Source: Acidimicrobiales bacterium
GTDB taxonomy: Bacteria > Actinomycetota > Acidimicrobiia > Acidimicrobiales > SZUA-35
NCBI GenBank assembly: GCA_020628065.1
Contig: JAHDFR010000005.1
Location: 12,397 to 76,396 of the forward strand
Length of the DNA stretch: 64,000 nucleotides
Direction of reading: 5' to 3'
A program made the translations under genes and the position numbers. Shown here piece by piece: positions 46,469 through 53,903 of the stretch. The number at the start of each line of letters is the position of its first letter. The first letter of the stretch is position 1. The notes beneath the pieces were generated by a model. That model was not told where the DNA came from. It was given only the letters and a program-made list of their open reading frames with translations, and searched no databases.

Positions 46469-47916
46469 GTACCGCAGCAGCCGACAGCCCTGGCCACGGT
46501 GCCGACGACCGTTCGGTTTCGAAAGTCGACTTGTTCTCCCAGGCGGCGGCCCGGGCCGGCTCCTACATCAGTCAAGAACGCGTCGGTCGTGTCTTCCCCA
46601 GCCGAGAGTCATTGCAGGCGCTGAACGCCCTGACCGATTGGTCATTGGCCCACCCTCTCCCGGCCGAAGAGGTGGTGGATCGACTGGCCGACATCGGGGC
46701 GGCCAGCGCGGTCCGATCGACCGGGGGAAGATACTTCGGATTTGTAACCGGCGGGACCGAGCCGACCGCCCTTGCCGCCTCGCTGCTGTCTCTGGCTTGG
46801 GACCAGAACGGAGCGCTTCCGGCCATGTCGCCGATGGTGTCCACCATCGACACTTTGGCCGCTCGCTGGATTGTTGAGCTACTAGGACTACCCACCCAGG
46901 CCGTGGCCTCGTTCTGTGGGGGGGCGTCGGTGGCCAATCTGATTGCCGTTGTCGCAGCCAGAGATTCGCTCCTGGCCGCTCGGGGTTGGTCTGTGGCCGA
47001 ATCCGGCTTGAGGGGGGCGCCGACGGTACACGTGATCACTTCACGTGAGTCCCACTCTTCGGTCGGCAAGGCTCTGCGGATCGCAGGATGGGGAAGCGCA
47101 GAGATCCATCAGGTCGACACCGATGAGCTTGGCCGACTCAGGGTCGACGACATGCCCAATGTGACAGGACCGGTTGTAATCGTCGCCCAGATGGGCAATG
47201 TCAATACGGGGCATTGCGACCCCATCAACGAGATTGCCGACTGGGCCGATGCGCGGTTCTCGGCCGGGAACTACTGGATCCACATCGACGGGGCATTCGG
47301 CCTCTGGGCGGCGGCGTCACCCCGGCAGCGCCACCATGCTGTCGGGGTGGATCGGGCGCATTCGTGGGCGACAGACGCCCACAAGTGGCTGAACACCCCA
47401 TACGACTGCGGAGTGGTGATTGCCCGAGACGGTATGGATCTTCGTCGGGCCATGTCGGCCACGGCGGCCTATCTGCCGGGCGACTCAGCAACTGCCGATG
47501 CCGGTTGGAGTGACGAGCTGCGGGAGCCAATGCATCTCGGGTTGCAGATGTCCCAGGCTGCACGTTCCATTCCGGTGTTCGCCGAGTTGGCCGTACTGGG
47601 ATCAAACGGTGTGGCCGAGTTGGTTGATCGTTGTTGTCGACATGCGGAGCGTCTGGCTTCGTTACTGGCCGAAGGCGGTGTTGACATTCCGGCTCCTCCC
47701 GGTCTCAACCAGACGCTGGCTCGGTTCGATTCCGATACCACGACCGATGCGGTGGTCAACGCCATCCAAGATGGGGGTCGGTGCTGGGCCGGAGCGACAA
47801 CCTGGAATGGTCGCAGAGCGATGCGTCTCAGCGTGTGCGATGTGTCAACCACCGCCGATGACATCGAGACCTCGGCCCAGGCCATTCTGGCGGCTTGGGA
47901 CTCGGTGACGGGTTGA
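46465..47916 (+). CDS. Pyridoxal-dependent (group II) amino-acid decarboxylase family protein
   Basis: 483 aa. SHSSVGKA and the PLP-lysine motif DAHKWLNTPYDCG. The ATG overlaps the helD stop (ATGA). Confidence 0.8.
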   Translation: MSTAAADSPGHGADDRSVSKVDLFSQAAARAGSYISQERVGRVFPSRESLQALNALTDWSLAHPLPAEEVVDRLADIGAASAVRSTGGRYFGFVTGGTEPTALAASLLSLAWDQNGALPAMSPMVSTIDTLAARWIVELLGLPTQAVASFCGGASVANLIAVVAARDSLLAARGWSVAESGLRGAPTVHVITSRESHSSVGKALRIAGWGSAEIHQVDTDELGRLRVDDMPNVTGPVVIVAQMGNVNTGHCDPINEIADWADARFSAGNYWIHIDGAFGLWAAASPRQRHHAVGVDRAHSWATDAHKWLNTPYDCGVVIARDGMDLRRAMSATAAYLPGDSATADAGWSDELREPMHLGLQMSQAARSIPVFAELAVLGSNGVAELVDRCCRHAERLASLLAEGGVDIPAPPGLNQTLARFDSDTTTDAVVNAIQDGGRCWAGATTWNGRRAMRLSVCDVSTTADDIETSAQAILAAWDSVTG

Positions 47917-48002
47917 TCTTGTAGGTTTGGCTCCGGCGGCCAAGGTAACGCCGCTGACCGGATTCGCTGTTCGTCGTTAACGGACGACTATGGTCGCCTT
48001 TG

Positions 48003-49025
48003 ATGACTGAGAAGATGTTCATGGTTCCTGACGACGGCCCGTTTTATGACGATCTGGAGCCGGGAATGACTCTCGATCCGCAGCCGCCGGTCACCATCGA
48101 CGTTGGGCTCGCCGCTTGGTACCAGTCGATCGTCGGTGAGGTCTTTCCCCTTTGCCTCGACCACAGGTTGTCGGCCGACGTAACCGGACAACCGTCGCCG
48201 CTGGCCTCACCCGGCCTGGTTGTGAATCTGGCGGTCGGCCAGTCGACAGTGGCGACCCGGCGAGCCATTGCCAATCTCTTCTATCGCAACATGCGAATCG
48301 CCCGGCCCGTCCACGTCGGTGAGACCCTTCACACAACGGTGCGCATCGAGGCCATGGCTGATGCCAAGCCCCGTGATGATCGCCCCAACCGAGGCAAAGT
48401 CCTGCTTGGCATACAGACAACTGCCGACGACGATGTCGTGCTTGATTGTCAGCGATGCGCGCTGCTGCCCATACGAGGAAGCGACCTCCCAGGGCATGCG
48501 CAGGACACCGGGCGAGCTCCGGACGATATCGACATAGCCGACTACGCCGACCTGGTACCGGAACGGTGGAACACCGAGGCTCTACCTCTTGCTCGTTCAT
48601 GGCCGTCAGGCGACGCACGGAGCGACATCACCCGCGACGTCGTCGATCAGGCCACTGGGCTGGCTCGATTGACCCACAACCGGGCCATCGTGCACCGCGA
48701 CGCCTCGGCGTCGGCTTACGGTCAACGCCTGGTCTACGGCGGGCACGTTCAGGCGTTGGCGCAGGCGTCACTGAGCCGGTTGGACCCTGCGATGGGAACA
48801 ATCGTTGCCTGGCACACATGCAACCACCTGGCTCCAGCCTTTGAAGGGGATCTGCTGTCCTTCAGCCACCGACTCATCGCCGAACATGTCACCGACAACG
48901 GTGTCGCCGTACGGGCCTTCGAAACCATAGGTGTGGCCAATCGCACGGTCGCCGACGGGTCCAACCTGCCGGCTGAAGCCGAAGTGCTGCGTTGGGTACC
49001 TGTGGCCATCGCTCGAACAGCTTGA
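48003..49025 (+). CDS. Double-hotdog MaoC-like (acyl dehydratase) family protein
   Basis: About 340 aa, two hotdog-length halves. Its size and layout resemble Rv0216-type double hotdog proteins. Motif-level support is weak. Confidence 0.55.
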   Translation: MTEKMFMVPDDGPFYDDLEPGMTLDPQPPVTIDVGLAAWYQSIVGEVFPLCLDHRLSADVTGQPSPLASPGLVVNLAVGQSTVATRRAIANLFYRNMRIARPVHVGETLHTTVRIEAMADAKPRDDRPNRGKVLLGIQTTADDDVVLDCQRCALLPIRGSDLPGHAQDTGRAPDDIDIADYADLVPERWNTEALPLARSWPSGDARSDITRDVVDQATGLARLTHNRAIVHRDASASAYGQRLVYGGHVQALAQASLSRLDPAMGTIVAWHTCNHLAPAFEGDLLSFSHRLIAEHVTDNGVAVRAFETIGVANRTVADGSNLPAEAEVLRWVPVAIARTA

Positions 49026-49042
49026 CGTCCGGTGCCTGATCG

Positions 49043-50011
49043 ATGACACGCGCCGACGGCCATTGGGTACCGTCGATTGAGGAACTTTCGCTCGCTCGGC
49101 GTCGTATCCGAGACCACGTTCACGTCACGCCGATAATGACATCGGGGCTCATCGATGATCACGTGGGATCACGGGTCTCGCTAAAGTGCGAACATCTGCA
49201 GAAGGCGGGGGCCTTCAAGGCCCGAGGCGCTCACAACGCCGTTTTCAGCATGAGCGAAGCGGAGGCCGCCAGCGGCGTCTTGACTCACTCGTCGGGTAAT
49301 CATGGAGCGGCGTTGGCCCTGGTGGCCCGGTCGCGAGGTGTGCCCGCCCACATCGTCATGCCTTCAAACGCGCCGACGGTGAAGAAGTCGGCCGTGCTTG
49401 GCTACGGGGCCGCCGTCACCGAGTGCGAGCCGACGCTCATGGCCCGCGAGAAGGCTGTAGATCAGCTGCAGCGCTCGACCGGTGGGTACGTCGTGCATCC
49501 CTATGACGATCGGGCGGTTATCTGCGGGCAGGCCGGTGTCGGCCTGGAGCTGTTGGAACAACTGGCCGATGATCCCCCGGACGCCGTTGTCGTCCCTGTC
49601 GGCGGCGGTGGACTGCTGTCCGGTGTAGCCACCGCAGTTAAGGCCCGCTTGCCCGGCTGCAAAGTGTACGGAGCCGAGCCCGTTGGAGCCGATGATGCAA
49701 AACGAAGCTTCGATCTCGGCTATGTCGTACCGCAAACCGGGCCGGACACCATCGCCGATGGTCTGCTGACATCACTCGGACAGCTGACCTTCCCGCTCAT
49801 CAAACGCAGCGTTGACGACATCTTGCTGGTGGGCGATTCTGAAATCGTGGACGCCATGCACCTCCTGTACACCCGGGCCAAGCAGGTCGTTGAGCCGTCC
49901 GGGGCGGTGACTCTCGCTGCCGTCAATACACATCGACAGGTGTTTGATGGTCTGCATGTGGCGGTGGTCCTGTCCGGGGGAAACGTGGATCTGGCCGAGT
50001 TGCCGTGGTGA
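49043..50011 (+). CDS. PLP-dependent serine/threonine dehydratase family protein (serine-racemase / threo-3-hydroxyaspartate ammonia-lyase-like)
   Basis: LKCEHLQKAGAFKARGAHNAV (PLP lysine), SSGNHG and GGGGL motifs of the fold-type II family. Confidence 0.8.
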   Translation: MTRADGHWVPSIEELSLARRRIRDHVHVTPIMTSGLIDDHVGSRVSLKCEHLQKAGAFKARGAHNAVFSMSEAEAASGVLTHSSGNHGAALALVARSRGVPAHIVMPSNAPTVKKSAVLGYGAAVTECEPTLMAREKAVDQLQRSTGGYVVHPYDDRAVICGQAGVGLELLEQLADDPPDAVVVPVGGGGLLSGVATAVKARLPGCKVYGAEPVGADDAKRSFDLGYVVPQTGPDTIADGLLTSLGQLTFPLIKRSVDDILLVGDSEIVDAMHLLYTRAKQVVEPSGAVTLAAVNTHRQVFDGLHVAVVLSGGNVDLAELPW

Positions 50012-50053
50012 GGCGAGCAGTCGTACCGTCGAAGTCGATAGGAGAGGGCCGTC

Positions 50054-51166
50054 ATGCTTTCATTCGAACTTGATCCAGAACTACAGTCGCTACGCCAGCG
50101 GGCGGCTGAGCTCGCCGCCGTGGGAGTAGAGCGTTTCGGACGTTGGAACGACAGTTGGATCAACGGCTTCTCCAAGGAGTTTGCCGGGCTGATGGCCGAC
50201 GAGGGATGGATCGGCATGGGCTGGCCGAAGGAGTTCGGGGGTGGCGAGCGTCCACCAATTGAGCGAGTCATCGTTGCCGAAGAAATGATCAGCGCCGGCG
50301 CTCCCATCGCCGCCATGTGGTTCGCCGACCGGCAAATGGGTCCGGCCCTGATTTCCTACGGTTCCGACGACCAGCGGGACGAATTTCTCCCGGGCATGCT
50401 TTCCGGTGAGACGACCTGGTGCATCGGAATGAGCGAGCCGGACTCCGGCTCCGACCTCGCTTCGCTCAAGACCTCTGCCATTCGTGACGGCGACGACTGG
50501 GTCATCAACGGTCAGAAGATATGGACAAGCTTTGGGGAGGTGGCCGACTACTGCTACTTGATCTGCCGCACATCGACTGAGGGTCCGCCCCACCGGGGCA
50601 TATCGGAAATCATCGTGCCGATGGACTCTGACGGCATCGAGGTGCGACCCATCACCGACATGACCACCAACCGCCATTTCTGCGAGATCTACTTCACCGA
50701 TGTTCGTGTCCCGGTGGTCAATCTGGTTGGCGTCGAGGGCGACGCCTTCAAGCAGACGATGCGCCAGCTGGAGCACGAGCGAGGAGGCATCGACCGCTTA
50801 GTCTCCAACCGGGCTCTCTACGAGATCGCCGTGGCGGCCGCCGACGCTTCAGATCCGTTGACCCGCCAGGAAATGGCCGACCTTGAGATCGGCTATCGGA
50901 TTGGTCGGCTACTGGTCTACCGAGAGGTTCTGCGTCAGGCTCCCGCCGGGTTCAGCGCTGCCACTAAGTGCTTTTGCACTGAACATCAGTGGCGGGTTGC
51001 CCAGTTCGCCGCCAGGGTGCTGGGACCCACAGCCGGTCTGGCCGACGAGGTCGGCCTGGGCTTGGCCTACGCCCCGGCCTACACAATCATGGGCGGAACC
51101 TCGAACATCATGAGGAACATTCTGGGCGAGCGGGTGCTCGGCCTGCCGAGAGAGCCTCGCCTTTAG
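50054..51166 (+). CDS. Acyl-CoA dehydrogenase family protein
   Basis: 370 aa. MSEPDSGSDLASLKT motif and C-terminal GGTSNIMRNILGERVLGLPRE. Confidence 0.85.
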   Translation: MLSFELDPELQSLRQRAAELAAVGVERFGRWNDSWINGFSKEFAGLMADEGWIGMGWPKEFGGGERPPIERVIVAEEMISAGAPIAAMWFADRQMGPALISYGSDDQRDEFLPGMLSGETTWCIGMSEPDSGSDLASLKTSAIRDGDDWVINGQKIWTSFGEVADYCYLICRTSTEGPPHRGISEIIVPMDSDGIEVRPITDMTTNRHFCEIYFTDVRVPVVNLVGVEGDAFKQTMRQLEHERGGIDRLVSNRALYEIAVAAADASDPLTRQEMADLEIGYRIGRLLVYREVLRQAPAGFSAATKCFCTEHQWRVAQFAARVLGPTAGLADEVGLGLAYAPAYTIMGGTSNIMRNILGERVLGLPREPRL

Positions 51167-52092
51167 CCTGTCTGGTTGAACATCTCCTGCGCCAGCTGGC
51201 GAACTTGGGCGACCAGAGGTGACGGCTCGTTACGCCGAGTCATCAATAGCAGCGGAATTGAGGCGTCAGTGTCGTTGATGGTCAGAAACGTCAGATTTGG
51301 TGGCCGTAGCGTGCGGACACTGTTTGGTACCAGCGCAACTCCTTGACCTGATGCCACCAGTCCCAAGATGGTGGCGTATTCCGTGGCCTCGATGACCGGT
51401 TCGTAGTCGATGCCGCGATCGACAAGCATGGCTGCAAGCTCCCGATGGAGGCTGGGCGACACCTCACGATCGAACCCGATAAACGGTGAATCGGCCAGGT
51501 CGGCCAGCGACACGGATTCCTCCGATGCCAGTGGGTCGTCGCCGGGCACCGCCACGGCCAGCGGTTCGTGCTGAAGCACCAGGGCTTCGAGGGTGCCTTT
51601 GGTCATGGCTGAACCCCCGGCGGTGCGACTCAGACCAAGATCGATCCGGTCTTGGCCAAGGGCCGCAATTTGCTCGTCGGAAGACATGCTCCGCAGCTCG
51701 TACTCGACGCCGGGCCACCGAAGCCGGTAAGCCTTCAGAAGCCGGGGCATGGTGTCGTAGCTGGCGGAGTCGACGAAGCCGACCCGCAACGTGCCACGGG
51801 TTCCCGACCTGACTTCTCGTACCCGTTGCTCGAACCGTTCGAATTCGGCCAGAACCCGGCTGGCTTCGGTGTACAGCTCTCTTCCCGCCGCGGTGAGCGA
51901 GACCTTTCGAGTGGTCCGCTCAAACAGTGAGACGTTCAGTTGTTCTTCCAGGAGGCGTATTTGTTGGCTTAGCGGTGGCTGAGCCATGTGGAGGCGTTCG
52001 GCCGCTCGACCGAAGTGGAGCTCTTCGGCTACTGCGCAGAAGTAGCGAAGTCGATTTACGTTCAATAACAGCCTCCTGGTTTGGCCGGCCAT
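51163..52092 (-). CDS. LysR-family transcriptional regulator, divergent from the sox operon
   Basis: HTH LRYFCAVAEELHFGRAAERLHMAQPPLSQQIRLLEEQL. ATG 52092 is preferred over track start 52152. The 3' end overlaps the acyl-CoA DH stop by 4 nt. Confidence 0.85.
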   Translation of the reverse strand: MAGQTRRLLLNVNRLRYFCAVAEELHFGRAAERLHMAQPPLSQQIRLLEEQLNVSLFERTTRKVSLTAAGRELYTEASRVLAEFERFEQRVREVRSGTRGTLRVGFVDSASYDTMPRLLKAYRLRWPGVEYELRSMSSDEQIAALGQDRIDLGLSRTAGGSAMTKGTLEALVLQHEPLAVAVPGDDPLASEESVSLADLADSPFIGFDREVSPSLHRELAAMLVDRGIDYEPVIEATEYATILGLVASGQGVALVPNSVRTLRPPNLTFLTINDTDASIPLLLMTRRNEPSPLVAQVRQLAQEMFNQTG

Positions 52093-52179
52093 GCCCCTGA
52101 TGCACCGATCGGCAAATCTGCACCCGTTATCTCGGGTCGCCCTTACTGCCAAGGTTAGCCCAGTAAGAGTTAATCAGTA

Positions 52180-52205
52180 TTAAGTATTGGCTCACTAATA
52201 CTTAA
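52180..52205. promoter_or_regulatory. Candidate LysR operator: perfect 9-bp inverted repeat TTAAGTATT-N8-AATACTTAA
   Basis: Read directly in the AT-rich 146-bp lysR/soxB divergent intergenic region (52093-52238). Confidence 0.4.
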
Positions 52206-52238
52206 GTCAGATGAAGTCTCGTAGTAGGGTAGCGAGCT

Positions 52239-53564
52239 ATGGCTGACCGATCGCTACGCAGTAGGCGGAATGGGAATGGCAAGGGGCCGGAGCGTTACTC
52301 GGCTTGGGGACTCTTGCGAAAGGGCTTGGCTCAAGAGAATTGGCCGAGAGCATGGCGGGAGGTCCCGCTCCGGGATACCTACGACGCTGTGATCATAGGT
52401 GGGGGCGTTCACGGCTTGGCCACCGCGTACTACCTGGCGGTGAACCACGGCATCACCAACGTCGCCGTGGTCGACAAGGCCTACATCGGAAGCGGCGGTT
52501 CAGGCCGAAACACCGCCATCGTCCGCTCGAACTACCTGACACCGGAGGGCGTCGCCTTCTACGACCGTTCGCTTGAGTTGTACAACTCCATGGCCAGCGA
52601 CTTGAACATCAACGTCATGTTCTCGGAGCGGGGGCACCTGACGTTGGCCCACAACGACGGTGCAGTCCGCACCATGCGGTGGCGAGCCGAAGTAAACAAA
52701 CTCCAAAACATCGACTCCTCGGTCATCGGACCGGACGAGATCAAGAAGCTGGTCCCCAGCCTCGACACGACATCGGATGCCCGCTACCCGATCATGGGCG
52801 CGCTCTATCACCCACCGGGTGGAATCATTCGACACGACGCCGTGGTCTGGGGGTACGCCCGGGCTGCTGATCACTACGGAGTCGAAATCCACCAAAAGAC
52901 CGAGGTGCTTGACATTTTGGTTGAGGGCGGATCCGGGCCCGACGGTAAGGGCCCCGGAGGAAAGGTCACCGGAGTTCGCACCAGCAAGGGCGACATCTCC
53001 GCTCCAATCGTGGTCAACTGCACCGCTGGCTGGGCGTCACTGATTGCATCCATGGCGGGCATCAAGTTGCCAATTCACACCCGCCCGCTTCAGGCCGCAG
53101 TAACCGAGCCGGTGAAAGTCTTCCTTCCAGCGGTCGTCGTCTCCGGCTCGCTCCACGTGTACGTCAGCCAGACTGATCGTGGAGAGCTGGTCTTCGGCGC
53201 CGCCGTCGATCCGTTCAACAACTACAACATCGCCGGCTCGCTTGACTTCACCGAAGGGCTGGCCGGACACATCCTCGAATTGATGCCGGGCGTTTCCAAG
53301 ATGCGCCTACTGCGCCAATGGGCCGGCTTGTGTGACATGACACCGGACTACTCACCCGTCATGGGTTTCACCCCGGTCGAAGGCTTCCTGTGCGACGTTG
53401 GTTGGGGCACCTACGGCTTCAAGGCGGGCCCGGTATCGGGCGAGACGATGGCGGAGTGCATCGCCACCAACCAGACCCCCAAGCTCATCGCCCCGTTCGC
53501 TCTCGATCGTTTCCCTGAAGGAACGCTCGTTGGCGAGAAGGGAGCGGCTTCCGTTGGCCACTAG
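52239..53564 (+). CDS. soxB: Heterotetrameric sarcosine oxidase, beta subunit
   Basis: 441 aa. FAD motif YDAVIIGGGVHGLATAYYLA. Followed by soxD, soxA and soxG. Confidence 0.9.
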   Translation: MADRSLRSRRNGNGKGPERYSAWGLLRKGLAQENWPRAWREVPLRDTYDAVIIGGGVHGLATAYYLAVNHGITNVAVVDKAYIGSGGSGRNTAIVRSNYLTPEGVAFYDRSLELYNSMASDLNINVMFSERGHLTLAHNDGAVRTMRWRAEVNKLQNIDSSVIGPDEIKKLVPSLDTTSDARYPIMGALYHPPGGIIRHDAVVWGYARAADHYGVEIHQKTEVLDILVEGGSGPDGKGPGGKVTGVRTSKGDISAPIVVNCTAGWASLIASMAGIKLPIHTRPLQAAVTEPVKVFLPAVVVSGSLHVYVSQTDRGELVFGAAVDPFNNYNIAGSLDFTEGLAGHILELMPGVSKMRLLRQWAGLCDMTPDYSPVMGFTPVEGFLCDVGWGTYGFKAGPVSGETMAECIATNQTPKLIAPFALDRFPEGTLVGEKGAASVGH

Positions 53565-53630
53565 CCGATATCTGACAGTGGCAGTGCCAAGTGGCGGCCA
53601 TCAAACTCACCAGCAAAGAGGTGACTCGAC

Positions 53631-53903
53631 ATGTTGATCGTTCCCTGCCCACACTGCGGACCACGAAACTCGTCTGACCTTCGATACGTCGGCGAATCGC
53701 ACAGCCGTCCCGATCCGAACACCGCCACTCCCGAGCAGTGGCGGGACTACCTCTACATGGAAGACAACCCGGCGGACTGGCTCAAAGAGACCTGGTACTG
53801 CCGCTCCGGTTGCCGGCGCTATTTCACCCTCGAACGCCACACCGGGTCAAACGAATTCCGGAACCCGCCGATCCCGGGCAACAAGAAGGGGACAAAGGCA
53901 TGA
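53631..53903 (+). CDS. soxD: Sarcosine oxidase, delta subunit
   Basis: 90 aa. MLIVPCPHCGPRN ... WYCRSGCRRYF zinc-binding pattern typical of SoxD. Confidence 0.9.
   Translation: MLIVPCPHCGPRNSSDLRYVGESHSRPDPNTATPEQWRDYLYMEDNPADWLKETWYCRSGCRRYFTLERHTGSNEFRNPPIPGNKKGTKA

Noticed and set aside
53738-53899. N-terminal extension of soxA given by the ORF track (start 53738), overlapping soxD.
   Set aside because: The conserved SoxA N-terminus begins at MSTSRLSARSGEVID... ATG 53900 forms an ATGA overlap with the soxD stop, and the extension has no homology.
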